From Azolla caroliniana (lineage: Eukaryota > Plantae > Polypodiophyta), in the NCBI GenBank assembly GCA_043228905.1, contig JBHGNT010000008.1:1054001-1118000 (forward strand): a stretch of DNA of 64,000 bases, given 5' to 3'. A program made the position numbers and the translations under genes. Positions 33,521 to 46,920 of this stretch are shown piece after piece. Position 1 is the first letter of the stretch, and every line of letters begins with the position of its first letter. The notes under the pieces were generated by a model. It saw only the letters and a program-made list of their open reading frames with translations. It did not search any database and was not told where the DNA came from.

Positions 33521-36260
33521 AACACGTTTGCGTTTACAAGTGGAAGGATCGCGCATTCCACTTATATATTCCTTTTATAATCTTGCTATTTTAGGCGATT
33601 TTTAGAAACTTGATACACCAATATCACATGTTTTAAATAGCATGTAAAATTTGTTACTTTTTTGAGATTTAACAAGTTTCAAAATGATAATTTTTAAAAT
33701 TGAATAGTTTTTCAATAAATGCTTAAACGTTGATGGTTTGCAAAATTATATGAAATGTAGTTAACTTAAAGAAAATCACAATGGTTAACATAACACACAA
33801 GTTAAGATTAATGGTTTCACCATCTTGAGAAGATGTAGGTTCCAGAAGTGGAAGTTACATCTATTGTTAGACTTGAAAATGTTTTAAGTATAAGAGGTAA
33901 CATTGTAAGCCTTAATGCCATAATCTATAAATTTAGTGCTCATTAACATCCATAAATTCACAACTCAAGAAATGTATACAATATTCATAAACAATTTTAA
34001 TAAATCCATAACTCCTAAAATGTAGATGATATTCATAATTCTTTACAACATCGATATACATCTTTTACTCTTGTCAAAACAGATATTTTAGTACAATTCG
34101 AGTTCATGTAAACCCTAAACCTCTTTTATTTGAAAAAAAAAAGATTTCTAAACATGAACTTTATACATTGTATTGAGTTGATGTAAAAAACAGAGTTTTC
34201 ATCACAATTCCATACAATGTATCAAATTTATGTTCAAAGTTTTTTTTCTCGAATTTAAAAAAATAAATAAATCAAACTTAACTTGATAAAAAAACCAGAT
34301 TTTTCACCACAATTTAGTACAATGTACCTAGTTCATGTTCAAAGTAATATTTTAAATTTTTTTATATTTTATTTTTTATTTTTCTGATTTTTGTAATGTT
34401 TTTTTTTGGAAAAAAAAAACTTTAAACATGAATTCGATACATTGTATTGACTTGTCATGAAAACCCTAGTTTTTTCATCATTTCAACTTTGTTTTTAAAA
34501 AAAAAACCAAAAGGACCCAAAATAAATTTAAAAAAACCAAAATTGTTTTTTTAAAAGCCCCCCAAAAAATCCTTTAAACATGAACTCAATACTTTTTGAA
34601 AAACTCAGGTTTTTGATACAAACTCGATACATTGTATCGAGTTCGTGTTGAAAAGTTGACTTTTCAACATGAATTTGATACAGCGTATCGAGTTCATGTC
34701 AAAAACCTGAGTTTTTCAACATGAACTCCATACAATGTATCGAGTTCATGTTTAAAGTTTTTTTTATTTTTTTATTTTTTTCTATCTATTTTGGGTCTTT
34801 TTGTTTTTTAAATTTATTTTTTTAAAGTGATGAAAAAACTAGAGTTTTTATCACAAGTCGATACAATGTATCAAATTCATGTTTAAAGTTTTTTTTTCCA
34901 AAAAACAAATTAAAAATAAATATCAAAAAGTTTTGAAAAAAATTTGAAAAAATTATTTTAAACATGAACTCTATACATTGTATTGAATTGTGGTGAAAAA
35001 ACTGGTTTTTTCATCAACTCAAGCTCAATTGTTTTATTTTTTATTTTTTTAAATCCAAGAAAAAAACTTTGAACATGAGTTTGTTACATTATATGTAATT
35101 GTGATCAGAACTCTGTTTTTTACATCAACTCGATATAATGTATGGAATTCATGTTCAGATATCATCTTTTTATTCAAATAAAAGAGGTTTAGGGTTTACA
35201 TGAACTTGAATTGTACTAAAATCTCTGTTTTTACAAGAGAAAAAGATGCATATCGATACTAGAAAGAAGTATGTTGCACAACAAGACACCTTAGGATGAA
35301 CTTGTGCTTCATTGATTAACAAAGAACCATTAAGAATTGTGTTGATGGTAATTGAACCTTGCAAATGCCATTTACGTGGTGTATAAAATATTCTTGTGGT
35401 TCTTAATCACCACTTCAAGCACTTAATGTTGATCTTCATAGTTTGGTTCATCTACAACAAAGAAACATTTATGTGGAACTAAGGATGATAACACGAGCAT
35501 AACTCAAGTGACAAGGAAACTTGAAAGAACTTAAGGTGGGGATATTAATACCTACACATGTAAATGGCCATCACCTAGGGCACCAATTTTGCATTGGTAA
35601 AGTTTTGGACGTGGTGATGTATTAAACTTTTGTAATACATCTATCATTCACATTACTGAGGTGGATATCGTTGTGTATGACTTTACACTGACAAAAAGTT
35701 GGATGTTTTAGGACGACAACGATAGACATAATAAAAAAGATATTACGAAGACTAGAAGATATCTTAGATTGAAGGCGAACAAGATTTACTGCACACAATT
35801 TGGAGACATCATTTAGTGAAGACAATGATTTGATTGGTACATTTGAAAATGAGGAGGAAGAGTCACAATTGTATATTAGCTATAGTAGTGATTCTCATGA
35901 AAGGAATTATTATAGTGATGCAAATAACTCCTAAATGTATTTTTTGTGCAACGATATATAAGAAATTTAGACAATATTTTATCTAATGAAATAAAAAAGT
36001 TGATTGTTTTGAAATCTTTCGCTTATGATTTCGATAGGATCTAGAATACTACTAGTTGTAATTTCATATTTGGCCAAAATTTGGCATTTTACAATTTACC
36101 AAATGGTGAATATTTTAGCTTTTTCATCAAGTTTTTGAGAACATGTGATACTGGTATCAAGGTGTTTTGTGAAATGCCAAAAAAAGCCCCAAAATCAGAC
36201 GGAATATTCCTTATCCTTCCATTTGTGCGCGATCCTTCCACTTGTGAACACAAACGAGTT
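33521..36260. mobile_element. Non-autonomous TIR DNA transposon, superfamily unassigned
   Basis: 35-bp TIRs (33521-33555/36226-36260, 3 mismatches); AGAC/AGAT flanks; the empty site is visible in the sister copy at ~33305-33340. Confidence 0.88.
34050..35257. repeat. ~1.2-kb imperfect palindrome centred at 34657-34658
   Basis: 34050-34135 is the reverse complement of 35172-35257; centre TGTTGAAAAGT-TG-ACTTTTCAACA; built from the self-palindromic unit CATGAACTCGATACAATGTATCGAGTTCATG. Confidence 0.92.
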
Positions 36261-36707
36261 AGATGCTAGGAAGAATAGAAGAGCATAACGACAGAGATGT
36301 AAATCAAGGAGAGACGATGGGGCTAAACAAAAATACTAGATTGATGTGTCAGTGACTGGTGTGGAATCCCTTGAAAGGGACCAAAGAGGTTACAAGTATT
36401 TACACTATGAGTCGAAGTACATGCATTAGAATATTCGGGAGAATATTCTAGAACCCCTCTAGAACCTTCTAGTTCTAGAACTTTCTAAACACTCCTAGAA
36501 CTAGAAATAGATAATCTACTAATAATTTACTAAGATATACACAACATGACCATATATTTGGATGTGTTGGTTAGAACACAACACTTGACTATATACAAGA
36601 GGTCAAGAGCTCAAATCTTTTTGTGATGTCTGTGACAGATCACAACACACAGGAGATATGGGGAAGAGCAACAAGACTCATCTTACTAAATCTCTAGATC
36701 CCAACGT

Positions 36708-39700
36708 TGTCGTAGTGTAATTCGCACACTACGTGAAAGTTACATTTTTGTCCCTCCGGATGGGATGAAGGAGGAACTGGCAAGGAGGAACCGGTAAGGA
36801 GGACCTGGTAAGAACCGAATGAAGGAGGGACCGGAAAGGAGGACCAGTAAGAACTGGATCAAGGAGCCAGATAAAGAAGGCCGATGAGAGTCTCTCATCG
36901 GATGAAGAGGCAAATTTGTAAATAGAAGAAAAGATTGTTACGTACATAGGGCAGGATTCAAACCCTGTACCTCCACATAGACAGACCCCACCCTTACCAT
37001 TGTACTAAGTTATCCTAAGTGTTTTAAACATAGATTTAATATGTATAAGACCTTTATTTACGCCTACCTTTATTAAAAGGTAAGTCATGCATTTTTCTAA
37101 TGCGTGAATCCTTATTTATAAGAAAAATGTACACCAATAAAAAATTACTGGTGCACATCTACTAAGCATGAGCACTATATTTAGGAAATAAAAGCATAGT
37201 GTAAAAAGCAACTCATGCACATTTAGTGTGCATGAACACTTTAGAAAAAGCATGAAGCTATGCTTAGCCTCTTCCATCCTTACATAAGGAGGAGAGAAAG
37301 ATGTATGACGTTGTTGAGTATTTTACAAGGATTGATTAATCTAATATATTCGTGGGATTCACGAGTTTATCATCAAAATTCTCTTTCTTACAATCTAAAT
37401 ATTGATTGAATACACTAAACACGTAGGATTCACAAGTTTTATTTCTTAATTCTCTTTCTACCTATTCATAACTAGCCTTATATTGTATTCTTCTTTCTCC
37501 TAGTCCAAAACCTCAGTGGTTCCCACCCGACTCACGCAACAATCCGGAGCCGAAAGGCACGACACAAGTGGTGAACCCGATGTGAAAACTGGGTGGCAAG
37601 GAGATGGAAATTCAACCAGAGGCTAACACCATGATGGTGATGTTTGAGCGGATGCTACAAGAACAACACGCAATGTCGGAGATTGCGGCGGTAGTAGAGC
37701 AGCTCGTCGAACGGAATAGGCAATTCAATGGGAAATGCTATGGTGTGGGATTTGTCACGGTATTTGTGAGATTACAAGGCGGAAATGCTATGGTGTGGGA
37801 TTTTGGAAGGACTGCAAGTGACATCCTTCAACCGGGTGGCGACCGACGGGCTTCAAGGGAGTATCCACGGGATACGACAGCAAAATCTGACGTGGGAGGC
37901 ATTTGAAGAGGCGCTAAAGACCACGTTCGCCATCGAGGACTCCTCCAACGCAATGAGGAGGGGATTTGAAGATTAAGTGGAAACACCAGATAAGGGGATG
38001 AAGGTCCTCGATGTGTTTTCGTCATTCGAAAGTCGGTTCGGGAGGTTGTCAACGAGAGATCAAGCTATCCTCACACCGGACCAAGTGATCATGTTCCTAT
38101 GAGCCATGGACATCCGGGACCGGAAAGATCTTGGAGTGCTTTTGGAGGACACGACCATTGAGAGTGGCCTCACCGAAACATGGGAAAGCGTGTGGGATAT
38201 CGTCGCACGATACACAGAGCGGGCAATGGCTTGCTAGCGAAGAAAAGAGGGTTTCAGAACCGATTCCGAAACCCAGATCCGGATTGGAAGACCATCAACC
38301 GAGGGCTCGAGAGACTACGACCGAGAAGGGAATCGATGCAACCACGGTGGAGCAGTTGCTGAAAGAAATGGAGAATCTGAAAATCGCGATGGTAAAGAAG
38401 TCAGATGACCGTCCCACAAGCTCCAAGTATATGGACCATCGGTGCATATGGTGCGATAGTACCAAACATGATCAGAGGGATTGTGACGAGCACAAGGAGG
38501 CGTTACAACGGGATCTTATCTACTACGAGGGAAATCGGATCCATTCAATGGACTCTCGGAAGCCACTCCGACCGAACTTCTGGAAAGGCAGCATGAAGAA
38601 GGTCCTCGAGGAGGAAATAGCGGTGAAAAGCAATTATGCGACAACTACGGGAATACGTGTCGGGGAGTCATCGGGAGCAAAGGCGTCTTTTTGGTCGGGA
38701 GTGCTAGAAAACCCCGAGAAAACCGATTCCAATGATATCCGAAGCACCACGGAAGGCATCCGAGAAGCTACAGGATGGGCGTGTCCCGTTGATAAGAATA
38801 GTGTACACGCCCTATGCCAATTGCATGAGGTGTATGTAGACGAGAAACGAGGGCACACGGATGATGCGGCCGGACCATCAAAGACACCAAAAAGCTGGAA
38901 CTTAGGAGGGAAGGGGAAAGAAAAAAGTGTTCGAGGAGAGAATCCTTGATAGCCGGGTGGAATTTTCGCTTCGGGAATTACTTGGAATAGCGAAGAAGGA
39001 GTTCCATGATCTTCTTGTGGATCTCGTGAAGAGAAAAAGACAAAGTATAGAGGAGAGCACTCCAAGGGTAAATGCGAACACGGTTTTAATGAATGACACC
39101 GAAGTGAAGGAAGAAATTCCGAACTCCCACTACACAAGGCCACACTGGGTACGTGCAAGTACAGAGACTCCAGTCCGAATCGGCAACATCAAAGAGCTCG
39201 TGCTAGCATTGATTGGAGATCAATTTGATGTCCAAGGAGTTCTAACAGAAGGGGAAGTGGCCTATAAATACTAATCATGGATGGAAGATCCGGGCAGCCG
39301 CTAAAGCAACAGAAGACCTATTTGCGGCTTGTCCGGATGTGACGGTGAAGATCGAAGATGTGGAGATCAACCAAAATTTCCTCGTACAAGACGAGGTCTC
39401 ACATTCCGTGATCCTTGGGTAACTCTTTATCACGGCTTCACGGATGGAAACAAAGGTGCTCGATAGTGGTGCGGCTTTCGCACGAATTCGGAGCCAAAGC
39501 GGAGGGAAATTCGTCCAATTCCTAACTGTGGCGGCAAATCATGAAAGGAACAAGAGAGAGCTCTTGTCCCAAACAATGATGGAGTTTTAGAGCGGATTGT
39601 TGTGGAGTGGGGAAGTGATAGTCCGAGAAGCCTTGATACCCCACAGAAGAAGAAAACTCGCGGAGCAAAACAAGTACGAATCAGTCCGGATGGGGCATCT

Positions 39701-42700
39701 ACGTACACGGCCGTAACCGGAGGAAAGAGGAAAGAATACCGAAAAGTAGAGGATAAGTTGCAGTCGGCATCAATAATAAAAGAAGACAAAGAAATCGTGG
39801 GGGTAGTCGAAGAAGTGTTCTATGGGAACGCGCTACAACGGTTTGAAAAGCTTGTGGAGGATAAAAGCCAAGGAGACTGGGTAGTCCCGGTGGAATAGGT
39901 CGAGATTTACGAGATCATTGCGAAAATGGGGCCGGATGCACTCCGCAAAAAAGAAGCAATGGTAAGTACGAAATACAAGACCGTGGAGAAGAAAGCGAAA
40001 CCGGCCGCGGGATCATTACCCGCCAATAGCGAGCAAAAGAGGAAAGAAGTTTTGGGAGATCCGACACTTCGGAAGTTCGTGGATATCGGACATGCCTTCA
40101 TGGATGAGACCTAGAAGAAACTTCGGATCAGTGGAGGTGGTTTCCTTTTACAAAATGAAGAAGAACGATTCCGTGGGGTGTTGGAACAACATGGGAAAGC
40201 ATTTGCATTCACATCGAAGGAGATAGGGTGCATGGATCCGAAGACAGTGGAGCCGATGGTGATCTTCACAATTGACCATGTGCCATGGACCTTGAAGCTG
40301 ATTCCGGTGCGCCGGGCGCATATTCCCAAAATCATCGACTTGCTCAAGGAGAAGGTGGGAGAAAGTGGCGATGGGGATTCTAGAGCCATCAAATGCTCTG
40401 TACTCAAATTGATGGTTTACGGTTCCGAAGAAGAATGGGTCACTCCAATTTATCCAAGACTTGCAACCGGTGAACAAGGTCACAATCCGGAACTCCGGAG
40501 TCGGTCCGATAGTGGACGAATTTGCGGAAGCATTTGTTGGTCCTGCGATATAGTCCATCGGAGACTTATACTCGGGGTATGACCAATTCCAACTAGTCGT
40601 GGAGAGCCGAGACATCACTACCATGCGGACACCGATAGGATTAGTTTGAATGTGCACACTACCACAAGGAACAACAAACTCGGTTGCACATATGATGAAC
40701 GCGATGAACAAGGTGCTTCGAGATTGCATTCCGGAGATAACGATGTCGTTCCTAGATGACATTCCGATGAAAGGATGCGCAGTAGAAGAAAAAGATGAAA
40801 CTATGGGTGATCGGGGATGCCGAAAGTTTGTAGTCGACCATATTTGTGATTGCTAGAAAGTGCTTCGAAAGTTAGAAGATGTGTAGCTAACACTTTCCGG
40901 GGAGAAATCGGCATTCGACCAAGAAGAGATATTGGTAGTCGGACATCTATGTGGGCCCTACGGCCGAAGACTGTCACCAACCAAGATTGATGCGATTCAA
41001 GCTATGAAAGAATTATGCGAGTCACAATCCGAAGTCCGAAGGTTTCTTGGAGCTTGTGCATTTTATCACATATGGATTCCGCACTATGCACATATTGCGG
41101 ACCCACTCTATCACTTATTGCAGAAGGGGAAGAAGTTTGAATGGAAACCGGAACACACCAAAGCCATGAAGAAGCTCAAAAAAACACTGCGGACGGCTGA
41201 AGCACTTAAGAAGCCGAGCTATGAGCGACCGATCATAGTAACGGTTGATACAAGTCCAACCGGGATCAGATGGGTCATCAATCAAGCCGACTCGGATGGT
41301 TTGCGATATCCGATCCGATTCGGAGCAAAGGTTGTCAACGGAAGGCAACGCGGATATGCACAAGTCAAAAGAGAATTATGGGGAGTCATGTCGGCAATCA
41401 AATCAGATTGAGATTATTTGATCGGAGCCAAAGTAGTGATCAAAACGAATTGTCTTCTGATACTTGGGATGATGCGGTGTTGCACGATACTGGATGTGGC
41501 TATGCTATGATGGATTGCATATGTTAAGTCGCTTAACCCGGACATACGACACATCTCCGGAAAAGACAACGCGGTAGCAGATATGCTATCAAGGGCTCGG
41601 TTCGGAGACGACATAGCCGAATCCGATAATGAAGAAGTTTCTAAAGACTACTTTGCTTCGGAGCACATATGCTGAGTAAACATAATCCGAGAATTCCGAG
41701 AAGAAGAATACGAGGGAGAAAGCTTGATGATCGGCAATGTGCTACAAGAGATTGAGGAATCATCGGACGATAAAGAGAAGAGAGCCGAGATCCGAAGGAA
41801 AAAGAGGCAAGTCCAAAAGTTCTTCTTGAAAAATGGATTAATATGGAGGGAGCCAAAAAGACCGGATGGCATACCACTTCGGGTAGTCGGGACGAAAGAG
41901 CAACGAAACCGAATAATGTCCGAGTTTCACAAATCCGATTGGGCTGGACATCGTGGAACATGAGCAACTTCTGTGAAAATCAAACAAAAATATTGGTGGA
42001 AGAATATGTACAAAGATATAGCGGAGTTCACGGAAAGCTGCGAGAAGTGTCAAATCTACTCCGAAGTTCGACACTGAGATGAGTTACATCCGACATTCTC
42101 ACTGACAATCAACTTCAAATGGATGGTCAACATTGTAGCCATGCTAACCAGGATCGGACAAAAAAAGTACTTGGTGTTAGCTCGGGAAGATCTCACAAAC
42201 CAAGTAGAAGGTCGGGCTTTACGAAGGAAAACGTGTTCTGTGGTATGCCAATTTCTTTTGGAGGAGGTGTTTTGCAGGTACAGGTGCGTAGGACAAGTGA
42301 TTGCGGATCGGGGAGAACTCAACTCTGTTAAAGCTAGGGAATTCTTCACCAAACATGGAGTTCGGTTAACACTAACAACGGTATACAATCCAAAGGCCAA
42401 CGGGAAAATCGAACAAGGACATAGTCTGATCGTCAAAGCACTTGCCAAAGCATGCAACAGAAGGGTGAAGGATTGGCTGCAGATGCTCTCGTATGCACTA
42501 TGGGCAGATCAAACGATGCATAGCTCCGTGACCAATTTTATGACGGCCGAACTCATGACCGGACAAGCACTGGTAATGCCGACGGAAACCGCAATTGCGA
42601 CATGGTCAGTGTTGTCGTGGAAGGAAGAGATGAGCCGGGAAGAACTACTAGCGGTCCGGATACGACAACTGGAGGGAAGACCGGAAGACATAGCGGAAGC

Positions 42701-44005
42701 AACACGCCGACAACAGGAATCGCGATTCAGGAACAAAAGCCGATTTGACACAAAGCATTGACTACAACCGCGGAAGATTGAAGAAGGAGATTGGATGATT
42801 GTCTATGATAGTAGTTTGGATCATCAAATACAACGATACAGAAGTTCGCGAAAAGGTGGTTCGGGCCATACGAGGTTCGGAAAGTTTTCGACAACGGAAC
42901 TTACCGACTATGCGAGTTGGATGGAACGATACTACGAGTGCCCATAGCGGGGAAACGGGTAAAAATCTTTAAAAAGCGGACTAACGACGAACCCTATGTA
43001 ACCCTAGACAAGACCGACAATGAGGAGCAACCAGACAAAGATCGCGGTGATGCAGAAAGGGAAGAAAGTGGACTTCAACTCGTAGTCGACATAAGGGAGA
43101 ATCGGAGAGTGCTACGGATGAAGGCGAATAATGAGCATCGGGAACTTCGCCACATAACGGAGGATGTGCGGGTTTGGAGGGAGCGAGTGTCGTAGTGTAA
43201 TTCGCACACTACGTGAAAATTACATTTTTGTCCCTCCGGATGGGATGAAGGAGGAACCAACAAGGAGGAACCGGTAAGGAGGACCCGGTAAGAACCGGAT
43301 CAAGGAGCCGGATAAAGAAGTCCGGTGAGAGTCTCTCACCGGATGAAGAGGCAAATTTGTAAATAAAAGAAAAGATTATTAAGTGCATAGGGCATGATTC
43401 GAACCTTGTACATCCACATAGACAAACCCCACCCTTACCATTGTACTAAGTTATCCTAAGTGTTTTAAACATAGATTTAATATGTATAAGACCTTTATTT
43501 ACGCCTACCTTTATTAAAAGGTAAGTCATGCATTTTTCTAATGCGTGAATACTTATTTATAAGAAAAATGTACACCAATAAAAAATTACTGGTGCACATC
43601 TACTAAGCATGAGCACTATATTTAGGAAATAAAAGCATAGTGTAAAAAGCAACTCATGCACATTTAGTGTGCATGAACACTTCAGAAAAAGCATGAAGTT
43701 ATGCTTAGCCTCTTCCATCCTTATATAAGGAGGAGAGAAAGATGTATGACGTTGTTGAGTATTTTACAAGGATTGATTAATCTAATATATTCGTGGGATT
43801 CACGAGTTTATCATCAAAATTCTCTTTCTTACAATCTAAATATTGATTGAATACACTAAACACGTGGGATTCACAAGTTTTATTTCTTACTTCTCTTTCT
43901 ACCTATTCATAACTAGCCTTATATTGTATTCTTCTTTCTCCTAGTCCAAAACCTCAGTGGTTCCCACCTAACTCACACAACGATCCGGAGCCGAAAGGCA
44001 CGACA
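36708..44005 (+). mobile_element. Full-length Phygy-like Gypsy #2, degenerate; LTRs 36708-37564 and 43188-44005
   Basis: TGTCGT...ACGACA LTR pair; Trp PBS 37569-37586; gag knuckle CIWCDSTKHDQRDC; RT SFLDDIP; IN ADRGEL; proteins align with element #1; flanks ACGT/ACAC. Confidence 0.95.
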
Positions 44006-44045
44006 ACACACACCAAGAACCTTTAATAAAAACAAATCACCATAC

Positions 44046-45402
44046 TGTGCGGAATAACGCTCGGCCATAATTGAGACTCAAACAATAGAGGAGAACAAGA
44101 CGGAAATGGAGGTTCATACACTTACATAGAAGAGACGACACAAGATGTTTGTGGAAAACCCTAATCGGGAAAAACCACGGGAGCCCATAGACTCCAACTA
44201 TCACTATAGGAGAAAAAGAGCACAATGGGAGACTCAAAGGCAACGACCTCGAGCTCTGTATCTTCGCCAACCGATGGCTTCTCTTCTCTCTCTCTCTCAT
44301 TGTACAACAATGATACAACTAACAACCACTCACGCACAAAGTGGTTGCCCTAAGTCATATTTATACTTATATGATTTTTGGGCTATTTACAAATATAGCC
44401 TCAATAGGCTCATCATGAGACATATTTACAAATATATCCTTGGATCTGGTTCACACCGTATCCATCCGGAGGGACCGAATTCCCAACAAACTCCCCCTTC
44501 ACTCCGTCATGGGATTTCTCGTTAGTCTGATCCGTCTTGGACACGTGTCCAGTTTGTCGGCTGACAACACCTTTGTCAGGATATCCGACCTATTCTCCTC
44601 CGTGTGGATCTTTGTCACCGTGAAGTCTTGATCTTCTACCTTCTCCCAGAGCCAGTGATATCCTCTCTGAATGTGCTTGCTCCGGGAATGGTAGACCGCG
44701 TTCTTAGCAAGGTGGATGGCACTTTGGTTGTCACAATAGAGCCGATATTCCTCCTATCGGATCCCTAGCTCTTCGATGAAGTCATTTAGCTTCCGAAATA
44801 CCAAAACCCAATTAATGGCATTCTTGTTCTGGAACATGATGCCGATCTTCTCCTAGAGTTCATGAGCCTTGCTCTCTTCATTGAAGTTGTTGTACAGGCT
44901 CATGTCGATGAAGCACCAGATGTATGTCGTCGTCTTCATGTGCATCACCTCCCACACCATGGCGTCAATCTTATCCGGTCTCTTGTCCCCGAATTTAACT
45001 GGCAACCAAAGATCTTTAACCACCAGCATGTCCCTCATCTTCGACTTCCATACTAAGTAGTTGGAGCCGGTGAGCTTGAACATGCCACCGAAAGATTCTT
45101 CCATTTTTGTGTTGTTCGCTCTAATACTAGTTTTTAGAGAAATGCACGGAATATCGCTCGGCCACAACCGGGTAGTAAGGCTCTTCTATAAGAATCAAAC
45201 ACAGAAATTGGAAATGGATAGTACACAAGAAAAATGACACAGGATGTTTACGTGGAAAAACCCTAATAGGGAAAAAAACCACGAGAGCCCACAAACTCCG
45301 AACTATCAGTATGAAGAGAAGGGGTACAATCAGAGACTCGGAGGCAACGACCTCGAGCTCTGTTTCTTCGCACAGTGGCGGTTACAACTAAGTATCACTC
45401 TG

Positions 45403-45441
<39 letters not shown>

Positions 45442-45721
45442 GTACAACAGTTACAGCATTATGACAACACCACGATCACTCTCTCTAAAGTGATTGCCCT
45501 AAGTCATATTTATAGTTATAGGAACTTAGGGCTATTTACAAATATAGCCTCAATGGGCTTCTTCAAGACATATTTACAAATCTATCTTCTCTTCCGGTTC
45601 TCACCAGGTTCACCGATCTGGTTTCCAGATCTCTTCCGGTTCTCACCGGCTCTCTTCCTGTTCTCACCGGGTCCTCTTTATTCATCACCCCATCCCATCT
45701 GGAGAGACCGATTTCCCAACA
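44046..45721 (-). mobile_element. Collapsed or chimeric Copia: 5' LTR ~45133-45721, decayed Met PBS, gag N-terminus fused to RNase H C-terminus, PPT, 3' LTR ~44046-44488
   Basis: gag KLTGSNYLVWKSKMRDML; junction ~44790; YCDNQSAIHLAKN...SDILTK; PPT GAAGGGGGAG; the two LTRs are related but clearly different and there is no TSD. Confidence 0.8.
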
Positions 45722-46488
45722 ATTCCCACATCAACAATTGAGACCAAATACGTAGCAGCGACCGACACGGTGAAAGAGACCTTATGGCTTGGTTGGTTGG
45801 CTTGCACATTTCGACAAGTCAACTTCGACTCGGCTCCAGTTGTCTATAGCACTAGTGACGGTGTTGTCGCTCTGTCGAAAAATCCAATTCAGCACAATGC
45901 ATCGAAGCATATAGACGTGAGATATCACTTTGTTCGGGGTTGCGTCATTTCAGGGAAAATCAGCCTCGAGAAATTATCCACGGCCGATAATGTCGCAAAT
46001 GGGATGACCAAGTGTCTTCCCGCGGATCAATTCTGATCCCTTGGGCACCAGATGGGCATAACAAAGAATCAATCTGATTGAGTCGACATTCACAATGGTT
46101 TCGGACAATCATCATCCGCAATTCGAGATTTGGCTTCAGTCCTTTCGACCCCGGCTGACTCAGCCTTCTATTCTCAAAGTTTGCCGACTCGAACAAAAAC
46201 TAATTTGTTCGACAACCTTGTATAAATCTGTATTTCTTGTTTTCTCTCTTTATTACAGATTCTTTGTTGTATACACCCATTACTGGGGAGTGTCAAATAC
46301 AGGTCTCTAATGGATGTATTCACATTGTCTCATTGGACACACTAGGTTTAGGCTATTCCTGTAAATAGTGGAAAAGGTAGGTTCCCTATGTCAGTTAGTA
46401 TTTAAACTGACTCTTGTAACCTAGTGTTAAGGTTGTTGTTGGCTCCATTTGTTGCAACTCTTGAGTTCGAATAATAAAGTTACATATT

Positions 46489-46920
46489 TGTAAAAGTTAA
46501 TATGTGAAAGCTTTGACAAACTAGTTTATCCGGATAGCAATAGAAAACAAAGACAAGTTTAATGGAAACTTTACAAAACACAGGCAGAGAGTGGGCGAGA
46601 GCAGAACAGCTAACTAAATTCAAAATAATAACACTTTGTACATAGAATGTGCTCAGAGTGCACTTTTATACAAGTCCTTACACAAAGTGACCGAAGTACT
46701 GACAAGTCAATGCTCATGCGAGCGACTGACACTAACTCCTAAAAATATGCCTACATACTATGCTAGATTCGTAGGCCCCTAACGGCCTACCGGTTACAAT
46801 CCGATCCAGCTCCTGGTTTCGGGGGCTAAAAATGTTTCAACCGAAATGGTTGTTTTAGGCTCGGATCCGGCTTTGGCTTGTTCAGCCGATCTGGATCCGC
46901 TTGAGCTTGTCCGCTCAACA
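46489..46920 (-). mobile_element. Solo Copia LTR (family related to the element B and 18056 LTRs)
   Basis: TG...CA termini, perfect TSD ATATT (46484-46488/46921-46925). Confidence 0.9.

Larger units (their letters stand above)
33179..36637 (-). mobile_element. Non-coding mini LTR element (Tcn1-like LTR + inverted PBS segment + partial second LTR), interrupted by a DNA transposon
   Basis: TGTCAC...GTGACA termini; perfect TSD GATCA (33174-33178/36638-36642); 33179-33340 repeats 33398-33520 plus 36265 onward. Confidence 0.8.

Noticed and set aside
45722-45734. PPT-like sequence beside the LTR at 45721 suggesting a tandem element
   Set aside because: It reads in frame as the host Copia RNase H motif (STTEAEY-like) on the plus strand
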